Source: Octopus sinensis (lineage: Eukaryota). From it: a stretch of 64,000 nucleotides of DNA. The DNA is taken from NCBI RefSeq assembly GCF_006345805.1, contig NC_042997.1:143220001-143284000 (forward strand), written 5' to 3'. The notes beneath the pieces were generated by a model that did not search any database, was not told where the DNA came from, and saw only the letters and a program-made list of their open reading frames with translations. This document shows, in pieces, positions 12,135 to 23,500 of the stretch. Position numbers and translations under genes: made by a program. The number at the start of each line of letters is the position of its first letter. The first letter of the stretch is position 1.

Positions 12135-13609
12135 CTACTGGGGTCAATTCATTCAACTAAAACCCTTCAAGCACAGCCAAAACCTAATGACTGAAACAAG
12201 TAACACACACACACACATATTTATATACATATATGATGGGCATCTCTCAGTTTCTGTCAACCAAATTCACTCACAAGGCTTTGGTTGATCTGGGGCTATG
12301 GTAGAAGACACCCAAGATTCCATGCAGTGGGACCAAACCCAAGACTGCATGGCTGAGAAGCAAAGTTCTTAACCACACAGCCACACCTACACCATTTCAG
12401 CTAATGAATATATAATGTGAGTGAATGAGAAGTGTTGAGGGAAGAATAACTATGTAGCATCTCCAGAGAGGGTAGAGTGTGTGATTAAAAAAGAAATTCT
12501 AATGTCAGGTTTGTTAGAAAACATCACAAAAGTCCAAGATTATTGGTGGTAAACTGGATGGTAAATTGATCCAGTTAATGACAGCATGAAAAAATAGACA
12601 TCAAAATGTTGAAGGTGAAAGTGGTGATAGCTGATACAAATCCTTTGAATGAAACCATTTCAAACAACTGAAGATTGCCCAAGAGGCCAACAAGGAAGTG
12701 CTTTATATAGTTGCTTGACTTGCTAGAAATAGCAGCCAAATCTTTTTAAAATAGTACTGGATTTGGTTAAAAGTATAATAAAGAGTAAAAATTCAATGAG
12801 CTTCTTTGGGACCTGTTAGTAACAAAGGGTTTGGTTGCTGTTTTTTCATGCAAAAGACAAACTGTTTGATACATGCAGTATATGGAAACAAGCAATATGA
12901 ATTAACTTCAAAAAGTACCCAACTAACTTGAAAGAAAAAGAAGGTCGCATTGACTGATATAGTCCTAGGTACTCTAAAACTGAAATGCATTCAGTCATCA
13001 GTTTGCGTAGCCACCATTAGTATAAGATCTTCAGTGAAATTCAAGACCATATAAAATGAAAAATTCTGACCAATACTTTTCGCATGAATTATGTTGAAAC
13101 CAGTTATTGTAAAATGTTATGGCAGTTACTTGTAATATTTGATAACATGTAACCAACTGTAGTGCCATGGACAATTCTATAGACCAAGACAACAATCTGA
13201 AAAACCAATCTATTGATTTAACCAAATATTTCATCTAAAAATACAGAAGTATATTATTGATTAATACTAACTATATTATGCATTTTATTAGATAATGTTG
13301 ATTTTGTAATATAAAATATTTTGACTATATAAAAAGTATTAGCATAACTAATTAGTTAATTTTAAAATATATAATGGGAAATTAATAGTGAGGATTAAAT
13401 TTTAGAGAACAAAGAACTGTAATAGTTCTAGACTTGATTAAGTGTATCAGATTTTAAGCCCTAAAATTAGTGAAGTTTCCAGAAAGCTTTTGCTGTGGGG
13501 TTTTTTTTTTTTTTCATATATCTCTCCTAATTGAAGATACATGTCAATGTTTGCAAAGAAATTTTATGGAAGATGTTTTATCTGAAAATCTACAGAGACA
13601 CAATGCCAT

Positions 13610-14450
13610 CACTATCATCGCCACTGCTCCTGTTGTTGTCATTGGTGCCACCACTGTCACTACAGCTGCTGCTGTCATCACCATTGCAGTAGTTGCCACT
13701 GCATTACCACTGGCTCTACTTCTGCTGCCACTGCTGGTACCAGTATTGCTACTGCTGCTGCGGTTGTCACTGTACCACTACCAATGCTGTTGCCACCAAT
13801 GCCACACCACTGCTATCGCCACTTCTGCTGCTGCTGCTTCTGCCAACACCACTGCTGCTGTTGCCACCATCATTGCAGTAGTTGCCACTGCACCACTGCT
13901 GCCACTAACTCTGCCACCACTACTACTTCTACCACTACTACGGCTGTCATTTCCACCTGTGCCACTACCACTGCAGTGGTTGTTTTTGCCACCACCACTG
14001 CTACCATAGTTGCTGCTGCCACCACCACTGTTGCTGTCATCACCACTGCTGCTGCCACCACCACTGTTGCTGCCATCACCACTGCTGCTGCCACCACCAC
14101 TGCTGCTGCTACCACCACTGCTGCTGCCACCGCCACTGCTGCTGCCACCGCCACTGCTGCTGCCACCACCACTGCTGCTGCCACTACCACTGCTGCTGCC
14201 ACCGCCACTGCTGCTGCCACTACCACTGCTGCTGCCAACACCACTGCTGCTGCCATCACTGCTATCACCACTGCTGTTACAGCTGCCACCACCATTGCTA
14301 CTGTTACTTCCACTGCCACCACTGCTACCACTGTTGGAATTGCCACTGTTGCCATCACTGAAACCACCACCACCACCACAACCACCACCACCACCACCAC
14401 CACTACTACCACCACCACTGCTTCAACCACTTCCACAGCTACCAGTGCTA
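13610..14450. repeat. Compound (ACC/GCT/ACT)n trinucleotide low-complexity tract
   Basis: Long stop-free frames on both strands (poly-T/A, poly-P/L, poly-V/A), as expected for stop-free triplet repeats. Confidence 0.9.
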
Positions 14451-14929
14451 ACTTAGTTTCATGTAATGCACATTCTTCTTTCAATTTCAACAGGAATTAC
14501 TATTGGGAGTAAAGACATAATATGTATGTTACAAAAGGAATATTATTACAGTAAAAAGAAAAGAAAAAAAAGAAAAAGGGAGTGAGTGATAAAGTTGCCA
14601 TTAGTCAGTTAAGCTTATCTTTCAGAAGTTAAAACAGAAAAATAAAAGACAAAGTTGAATTTTGTGAAAGAATTTATTCAAATCAAATTGACAGATTGGT
14701 TGAAGACTACAAGATTCTCCGTAAATGCTAGAATATTTCTTCTCATTCCTATCTTCCATTTCCATCATCATCTTACCCGGGAGGTGTGAGATATCTGATA
14801 CATCAAATCTTTTATGGTAATAATTTATCGAATAAAAATATTTTAATAAAAGATAAATAAACTGTTACAGCTATAATATTGCTCTATGATGAATGATACT
14901 GTCATGCCAGCATGGAAAAAGGGATATTA

Positions 14930-15075
14930 AAGCAATGATGATGATACTGATGGTGGTGGTGGTGGTGACAGTGATGATGGTCATGGTGGTGGCAGCGGTG
15001 GTGATGATGATTATGATGATAGTGATGACAGTGATGATAATTACCATGATGGTGGTAATGATGATGATGATGATG
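14930..15075. repeat. (GAT/GGT)n trinucleotide tract
   Basis: gatgatgatactgatggtggtggtggtggtg...; source of the His-rich and Met/Val-rich spurious ORFs. Confidence 0.9.
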
Positions 15076-16467
15076 GGAAAGAAGAGGCAAAGGATTTTTA
15101 AGAGTGATCTTATAGATAATCTTTGAAGACAACGTGACACCTCAATTTGACATAGACTGTTTCTTTTAGTCTTCAATAGTTTTTCTTTGTGAACATCAAC
15201 AACCTACAAACCAACCAAAATATTCTTTTCTACTCTAGGCACAAGGCTCGAAATTTTTGGGGAGGTGGGGGCAGTCGATAAATTGACCCCAGTGCACATC
15301 TTGTACATAATTTATTGACCCTGAAAAGATGAAAGGCAAAGTTGACCTCGGTGGAATTTGAACTCAGAATGTAAAGACAGATGAAATACCTATTTCTTTA
15401 CTACCCACAAGGGGCCAAACACAGAGCGGACAAAGGACAGACAAACGGATTAAGTCGATTATATTGACCCCAGTGCGTAACTGGTACTTATTTAATCAAC
15501 CCTGAAAGGATGAAAGGCAAAGTCGACCTCGGCGGAATTTGAACTCAGAACGTAGCGGCAGACGAAATACCGCTAAGCATTTCGCCTGGTGTGCTAATGA
15601 TTCTGCCAGCTTGCCGCCTTAAACCGACCAAAATATTATGCTCTGAATCACACAAAACACCAACTACTTGCACAATGAAATAAGCATATTACCCACTTGG
15701 CGTACACTACAAACTGTATATTCTATGAATCAAACAACTGCTCATAAAACTCACAATACACATTTCACTGTTGCAGTAAGCAATCATACCCTCTAAACCA
15801 GTGATTCTCAACCATTTTCCTCCTATGGACCCACTTGTTTCCTGTTTCATTCGGATGGACCCCCAGAACCATTTGATGCTTAATGTATCAACCCTAGTAC
15901 TTATTTTTTTAAAGCCAAGTACTTATCCTATCAGTCTCTTTTGATGAACTGCTAAGTTATTGGGACGTATACACACCAATACTGGTGTTCAGAAAAACAA
16001 AAATTCTCCCTTGCATAAAATTTTAGTAACTCAAAGTCTTGAATTGTATGGTCACCAGGAATCCTGCGAACAAGTAATTTCGAAAATTTTGTGGGGAACT
16101 GTTAAAATTGTTGGTAAAACTTTGATCCTTTCATAAAAGGATAATTCTATGATGCAGGAAAGAATTCTGGAAGACTATCTTATTATCTCCAGTAGAATAG
16201 AATAAATGTTTGTTAGAAATGGCTACATAGTAGTCATAAAGCCAAAATTTTTGCTTTGCATTTGAATCTACTACAGAGACAATTTGTTACTTTTTATCTT
16301 TGAGTCATTGGACTGTGGCCATGCTGGGGCACCACCTTGAAGGGTTTAGTCAAAGAAGTTGCCTCCAGTACTATAGGTCTTTTTTGCTGAACTGTTAAGT
16401 TACAGGCATGTAAACAAACCAACAATGGTTATTGAGTGATGATAGCAGGAAAAAATACACACACATA

Positions 16468-16966
16468 CAGTGATCCCTCGTTTATCGCGGTAGATTGGTT
16501 CCAAGACCAGCTGCGATAATTGAATTTCCGCAAAGTAGGGACACTATATTTACAGTATTTATTTAACGTGTATTTGGACTTTTAAAACCCTCCCTGTACT
16601 GTTAACAACCCACCCATTACAGTAGTCTATTAATAACAAGGACAACTGTTAAGTAATAACACTTTAGATTTAAAAAAATAAAGATTGTTACTGTTACACA
16701 GGCCAGATTACAAAATAGAAAGCTGATTCATCGTCTCTCTCTATTGCACCAATCACAGACCGTCTTAAGGTCAAATACCCCTGTATATGCTTTTTTGCTA
16801 TTTTATGCTTGTTTTGTTGTTCCTAGACTAGGAAATAATATTTATTATTAATATTTTAATGGATTTAATGAAAAATTTTAGGCATTCACGCATATATATA
16901 TATATTAAAAATCTGCAAAGTCATGAATCTGCGATAGTTGAACCGCGAAGTAGCAAGGGATCACTG
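16468..16966. mobile_element. Tigger/pogo-like MITE
   Basis: TA|CAGTGATCCCTCGTTTATCGCGG ... CCGCGAAGTAGCAAGGGATCACTG|TA. Confidence 0.85.
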
Positions 16967-17199
16967 TATATATGTATGTATATGTCAGGTTTCCACACAA
17001 TTTTCATCTGCCAAATTCAGTCACAAGGCATTGTAGAAGACACTTGTTGAAGATACTGTGCAATGGAACTAAATTCCAAATCACATGGTTGCAAACTGAG
17101 CTTATTAACCACACAGCCATATTTGCATCTATCATGTTGATATTAATATTAAAGAAAAAATTTTCACGAAAGAATTTTTTTCTTAGATTTATCCAATTG

Positions 17200-19050
17200 A
17201 AACAAAAGATATTGAAACATAGTAAAAGTCATTTTCGAACAACTTGTTAAAAAAACAAAATGGTATTAAAAAACTATCAATCTTATTGCTATAACAATGC
17301 TGCAGTTATATCTGGTTTTAAAAGCAGTTTTCAACGGAGGAATAATGAAAAAAATTGCAAGGCTATTTTTGTAAACTACACAAACCATTCTTCCATTTTG
17401 GTTAGAATACATGCTGCTTATTATCTGTCATTAAAAGCCTGAGGTGTTGCATAGTGTACATATGTACACACATTCATACATCATCCTTGCACATGTTCAG
17501 TCCATTGGTTGACAAAGGCCTCAGCATATTCTTATCACCAGCCATGGTCTGATGTTTTCCTCATTCAGGTTTGGGTGCCGAAGAATTTAACAAAGTCTTC
17601 ATTCCAACTCCTGCATAATCTTCTCCTTTTTTCTAGACATGGTGTCCACTCTGTCAATTTGCTATTCCTCTATTATCCTTTCTTCTAAACACATATCCCA
17701 CAAAAAATCATTTCAGGATTTTTTTTTTCCAGATAATATCCATGCTACTTACCAGAATGTATTTGATGGTATTTGATGGTATGTTGTTTCTGCATAATTC
17801 AGCCACATTACTCTTTCTTTCCTTGTTCAACTATCTGTTGGCAAAAGCTAAAAAATGCTATATTAACAGTTGTCAAATCTGTGATTCAAAGGAGATCCAG
17901 AACTGAGACATGAAACCAGTTCATGAATGCTTTGATATCATAGTGGATTGGATCATTTACAAAGTACAATTAATGATCAAAATAAAACTGATTTATGGCT
18001 AATGTTGCTGAATCAGATTTTGACTTTTAATGTCATTGGCTTCAATTTTAGAAGAAAAATTTGATTCAAATTGGTTGTGTTTTAAAACAGCTCCAAAATC
18101 TTATCATGAACTTTTATGATATTGCTTACAGATTAAAGGTACTTTGAGTGTATTTTTAATGCACTCAAGAATTATCAACTAGTGAATTACTTGAAGCTGG
18201 GCAGAAACTATATGATCAGTGGGATTTTGAAGCTACAGAAAGAAACAAATGTCTGATGAGAAAAACCAATGAGGTAGATAGTTTACAAAAGAAGAAATGA
18301 TGAGAACAATATAAAATTCTATTGATTGTCTCCATAATGAAATGGAAAAACAAAACAAAACAAAGATATATCTGTCTTCATGATTTGAAATATAAATTTA
18401 TAAATTTAGATTTCTTTTAGATGTAAGAAGATTACTGTTTGACTCAAATGAAAGAAATGGCTTTCATAATAGAAACATCTCAAAGAAAATTTTCTCAACT
18501 TTGGACAATTTTTATAGCACTTTTTTGCACTTCATAAAGAAATTTTGGATTATGAGATGCTTTTGAAAAGTCATCCGAACATTCCATTATTAAGACTGTG
18601 GAAAGCCTCATATTTCTTGTTTACCACCACCGTTGCCAATGCCACCGCTGTCACCACCACCACCACCACTACCATCACTTCATGTCCACTTCTCCATATT
18701 TGAAAAGGTTGGACTGAATTTGTGAAAGCAGACTTTCTACAACTGGATGCTATTCTTTTCACCAACCCTCACCACTTTCCAACCAAGGCAATATTTCCCA
18801 CAACCAGTAAAGCAATAAAAAAGTGTTTTCCTAAATTTGAGCTCAACTATCCTGATAATATTCACTTCTGCAATTTCAATTGCCAGCTGTGAACAATCTT
18901 TCAGCAAATTGAAACTGATCTTAGTATATTTCAGAATGTCAATGAACTAAGAAATAGTGTTGGCTTTAACCTTATTCAGCATTGAACAATTTGATTATAT
19001 TATTGATATGTTTACATCATCAATACTAAAAAAAGTTCGAAATTATAAAA
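17200..19050 (+). mobile_element. Fragmented hAT-superfamily transposase relic (ZMYM1-like type), interrupted by RTE-derived insertions
   Basis: 17260-17442 CYNNAAVISG...EKNCKAIFVNYTNHS resembles YDNAANMSG...NPKAxFVxCxxHSLNL. 18815-19040 KCFP..LSSTILIIFTSAISIASCEQSFSKLKLILVYFRMSM resembles the hAT C-terminal dimerization domain (ASCERSFSKLKLIK). Contains stops and frameshifts. RTE-like inserts at ~17440-17780 and ~18600-18810. Confidence 0.8.
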
Positions 19051-19544
19051 ACAGCACAAAGTGGGCCCAAACAAAACATTTCTTTTCAAGTTCCAGATGA
19101 TCAGAATGATTCATCATCATCATCATCATCATCATCTATAACGTCTGCTTTCCATGCTGGCATGGGTTGGTTGGTTTGACAGGAACTGGCAAGCTGGAGA
19201 ACTGCACTAGACCCCAGTTGTCTGTTTTGGCATGGATGCCCTTCCTAATGCCAACCACTTTACAGGGTGTACTGGGTGCTATTTATGTGTTCCAGATCAG
19301 GTTCTTCTTATGTGATGCTGGCATAGATGTTTTTTTTTATGTGGCACTGGCATGCCAATATGGGTGCTCTTTACATGGCACCGGAACTGGTGCTTTTTTC
19401 ATGGCACTGGCACAGGTGCTATTTACATGGTGCTGGCACAGGTACTTTTTATGAGACAACAATTTATATATTATCTCATCGTTTTACTTGTAAATGCATT
19501 AATTACTCTAGATATATTTTGTTTTTTAAAGGGTAAAGACCCCC

Positions 19545-19860
19545 TTCAGTCATGAATGACCATGCAGTTGCACTTAGAAAGTTCCTCTTTGAAGCACAAG
19601 TCCAGGCAAGGTTGTTTATGGAAGACCAGCAGTCACCCATGCATACCAGGCTCTCCTCACCATGCCACTGATGTTATGCAAGAGAAAGGCAAAGGCTGAT
19701 ACAGCTTGGCACCAGTGATGTCGCAACTCATTTCTACAGCTGAGTGAACTGGAGCAACATGAAATAAAGTGTCTTACTCAAGAACACAAAACACAGCCTG
19801 GTCCAGGTATCAAACTCACAACCTCATGATTGTGAGCCCAATGCTCTAACCACTGAGATG
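19545..19860 (-). mobile_element. tRNA-derived SINE, family E
   Basis: Head tggttagagcattgggctcacaatcatgagg..., then cttgagtaagacactttatttcatgttgctccagttcactcagctgtagaaatgag. Other copies at ~36405-36740(+), 39315-39620(+), 44590-44890(+), 28600-28720(+). Confidence 0.75.
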
Positions 19861-21040
19861 TATGTATTATACATAACTGCTGGTTCAGTATTGTTAAATG
19901 GTTAAGAAGTTAAAATGGTTAAAAGGCGGCGAGCTGGCAGAATCGTTAGCACGTCGGGCGAAATGCTTAGCGGTATTTCGGCTGCTGTTACGTTGTGAGT
20001 TCAAATTCCACCGAGGTCGACTTTGCCTTTCATCCTTTCGGGGTCAATAAATTAAGTACCAGTTAAGCACTGGGGTCAATATAATCGACTTAATACCTAT
20101 GTCTGTCCATGTTTGTCCCCTCTATGTTTAGCCCCTTGTGGGTAATAAAGAAATAGAAATAGGTTAAGAAGTTCACTGCATCACATCTTTGGCAAATATA
20201 ATTTTCTACAGCTTTGGGTCGATGTGGACAGAAACTATATAGAGGCCTGTTAGGTAAATTATACCTGTTATTCAAAAGATAGAGCCTTGTCAAACATTGT
20301 GTCACACTGAGAACCTATTTGTTCACTTCAGTATTAGAATAAAAAACGAAAAACAAAAAGCATTTTTCACAGCAATAGAAAACATCAAAATTTACCAAAC
20401 CTTAGTGCTCCCCCCACCTCCACCTCATGCTTGCAGGCATGGGAAAACATTGATGCAAAACAGTTAAGAACACACATTTAAAAAATATGTTTCACTCTTC
20501 TTCATATGAATATTTCATGACATAAGCAGATAACATTTCTAAAATAATATTACTATATGAACTCAAATATATTTGAAAATTGTAGCTACAAAGTTATCAG
20601 ATGTCTATATTTTATTTTATATTTAAACTCAAATAACATTTCAAAAGGCACTCTAACAAAGGAGGTTTATCTTTTTATTGTTAAATGAAAAGCTGATTCT
20701 GATTGAGATTAAATTTGAGATTTTAATCTCTTATATGTCTAGCTTTAGTCACTGAGGTAATGTAACATATTATGCAAAAATAAAAAAAAAAAAACAACCA
20801 AAAAACTCCCACATTTTTAATATTTAATTTGACACTTCAGCATCAATATCTAATTTAACACTTCAGCATTTAAACCAGCCATAACCAGCCCAAATATTCC
20901 ACCTGTTTTACGTTCAAAATCTGACCTCTCACACCTGCCCTACAATGTCAGGATTCAGTCCCACTGCATAGCACCATGGGCGTCTTCTATTATAGCCTTG
21001 TCAGTGGATTTGGTAGATGGAGATTGAAAGAAGCCCATTG

Positions 21041-21078
<38 letters not shown>

Positions 21079-21081
<3 letters not shown>

Positions 21082-21271
21082 GGAAAGTTTACGAAAATAA
21101 GCAAAAGACAAAGACAGGTGGTGTACAAAACAAACAGATGGATTAGTATAGTGCTCAGGAATAGAAAAAGTCTTTTACGTTTCGAGCCTACGCTCTTCTA
21201 CAGAAAGGTACACAGAAAAAACAAGGAGAGAAAAAAATGTGTGTAGTGGCTAACGATCTATCATGGCATCT
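21079..21271 (-). mobile_element. Penelope-like pLTR fragment between two (TA)n tracts, with a hammerhead-like motif
   Basis: Minus 21207-21172: cttt-CTGTAGA-AGAGC-GTAG-GCTC-GAAAC-GTA-aaag. Flanked by (TA)n at 21047-21078 and 21272-21360. Confidence 0.6.
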
Positions 21272-21272
21272 G

Positions 21273-21359
<87 letters not shown>

Positions 21360-22263
21360 GTACATATGTTTACGTATTTATGTGTGTGTGTCTGTGTTTG
21401 TTCCCCTGACGTTGCTTGACAACTGATTCTGGTATGTTTATGTCCCCATAACTTAGTAGTCCAGTAAAAGAGACTTATAGAATAAGCACTAGGCTTATAA
21501 AGAATAAGGACTGGGGTCAATTTCTTCAACTAAAAATCCTGTAAGGTGGTGCTACAGTATGGCTACAGTCATATGACTGAAACAGAATAAAAGAATAAGA
21601 AAAGAAGAAAATATACACACATACAACAAACTTCGACACAGTTTGTTTTTGTTAAATTCAGTCACAAGGCATTGGTTGACCTGGGCCATAGCTGAAGACA
21701 CCCAAAGTGCCATGCAGTGGGACTGAACCTGAAACCACGTGGTTGCAAAGTGAGCGTCTTAACCATTCTGCCATGACTACACTTATCTATTAGTAAAATA
21801 CAAAACAAAAATCAATAAGCAGCAGCATCACATGTAAAATAAACAATGAAGCCTACCAGGACTTAACTGGTGTATAAATATTAAATCCCAGCATTGATGT
21901 TTTTATCAATTTAAAGAGTATTCCCATGATCCTTTGTGAACTACAGTAAAGTGCATAAGTGATATGTCATTATTGCCATTACTATATTCATGTGATGAGA
22001 TGGGAAAGTCTTGAAATGTTAAGGTGTTAATGGATTTTAAAAATGCTTTTATTCCATGTAATGGACTAATAGAGAAATAGGAAAAATCTTTAATATAAAA
22101 GATTAAACTTGAAGTCTTTAATGTAACACACACACACATTTGTGTGTGTGTGTATCATCATCAACATCATCGTTTAACATCCAGTTTTCCATGCATACAT
22201 GAGTAGGATGGTTGACAATGATAGGATGGTTTCCAACAAAGATACAAGGCTCCATCTTTGGGA

Positions 22264-22596
22264 TGTAGTTAACACAGAAAAATTCACATTTGGAACTTGT
22301 GAAAAGTCTCGCATATTTTTACTGTTCCACTCACAGATTGCAATTGTAATGTATGAATCAGCCGGTCAATTTCTCTTTCTGAAAATCCCAGTTTATCCAG
22401 ATTCTCCTTTAAGCATTTACTAACAAAACCTAGGGCTCCAATTATTATTGGTATGAATATGAATTCCTGGATATAGAAGCTAGAGGTTTTGAAGTTGTTC
22501 ATAGATATCTTCTTTTTCTTAGATTTTCAAAGAGATAGTTATATCTAAAGGGCAGCTGACCTCTATGATGGTACATACTTTTACCTCTCTGTCCCA
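22264..22596 (-). mobile_element. R4/Dong-like non-LTR retrotransposon fragment (restriction-like endonuclease C-terminus), copy 1
   Basis: WDREVKVCTIIEVSCPLDITISLKI*EKEDIYEQL then frameshift to EFIFIPIIIGALGFVSKCLKENLDKLGF...LQLQSVSGTVKICETFHKF: PD-(D/E)xK-type RLE tail. The 5' junction abuts (TATG)n at 22597. Confidence 0.8.
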
Positions 22597-23200
22597 TATG
22601 TATGTACGTATGTATGTATGTATGTATGTATGTATGTATGTATGTATGTATGTATGTATGTATGTATGTCATTATTCAGTTTATTTCAAGATTGCCAATA
22701 CAGAAAGAACTAGTTTCTAACCTAGATCCTAGGCTCCTTCATTGGAATTTCAACATCAACAACAGGGTATTTTTCTATGTATGTATGTATGTATGTATGT
22801 ATGTATGTATGTATGTATGTATGTATGTATGTATGTATGTATGTATGTATGTATGTATGTATGTATGTATGTTTTATGTATGTAGTCTCATGCATATAGT
22901 TGCATATCTAGACATGCTCATATATATTTAAATAATAAACTTCTGGAAAGTCTTACAGATTTTCACAGTTCCAGTGACAGATTGGATTTGTAGTCTTCTA
23001 ATTATCTTTCTCCTTTCTGGTTTTGAGAAGCCTAATTTATCAAGATTGGTATTTAAGCAGTGTGTTACATTTCCCAGGGCCCAATAATTACAGGTATAAA
23101 CCTGAAATTGTAGCATGTATGTATGTGTGTATGTATGTATGTATGTATGTGTGTGTGTGTATGTATGTATGTATGTATGTATTTATGTATGTATATATAT
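22597..23200. repeat. Three (TATG)n tetranucleotide arrays
   Basis: 22597-22669, 22777-22870, 23116-23200. Confidence 0.95.
22671..23115 (-). mobile_element. R4/Dong-like RLE retrotransposon 3' end, copy 2, flanked by (TATG)n
   Basis: ALGNVTHCLNTNLDKLGFSKPERRKIIRRLQIQSVTGTVKICKTFQKFII* (22928-23116). The putative 3'UTR has an internal (ACAT)n and ends gaaataaactgaataatg-(ACAT)n. Confidence 0.8.
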
Positions 23201-23209
23201 GTTTTGATG

Positions 23210-23500
23210 GCAGATGGTGTAGTGGTTAGTTAGGTTGTTGCACTCATGATTGCAAGATTATGGTTTCAGTTCCTAGACCAGGTGGTGCATTGTGTTCTTG
23301 AACAAAACACTTCATCTCATGTTGCTCTGCGATCACATTGACACCTGACAAGTGATACACCATACACCTTTTCAGGTAATGTAGATTTGATGGAGAGAAT
23401 GAGTTAATGTGCAGCACTATAAACAAATCATTTGTGTAGGTTGCTCAGCAAGATAATGCAGAACCATCTTTCTTGGATTACGAGAGACTGCCATTTTATA
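23210..23500 (+). mobile_element. tRNA-derived SINE, family D
   Basis: tggttaggttgttgcactcatgattgcaag...ggtttcagttcctagacc...gttgctctgcgatcac. Second copy at ~52210-52500. Confidence 0.7.

Noticed and set aside
13470-14512. Long Thr/Ala-rich mucin-like ORF and overlapping Pro/Leu- and Val/Ala-rich ORFs
   Set aside because: Frames are open on both strands because the tract consists of stop-free triplets; no convincing splice sites, signal peptide or unique domain.
19925-20010. tRNA-like A/B boxes here and in other SINE heads
   Set aside because: No cloverleaf or acceptor stem; they continue into SINE bodies, so they are not tRNA genes.
22597-23200. Repeat-spacer alternation superficially like a CRISPR array
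   Set aside because: Eukaryotic microsatellites separated by retrotransposon fragments; no fixed-length repeats or cas genes.
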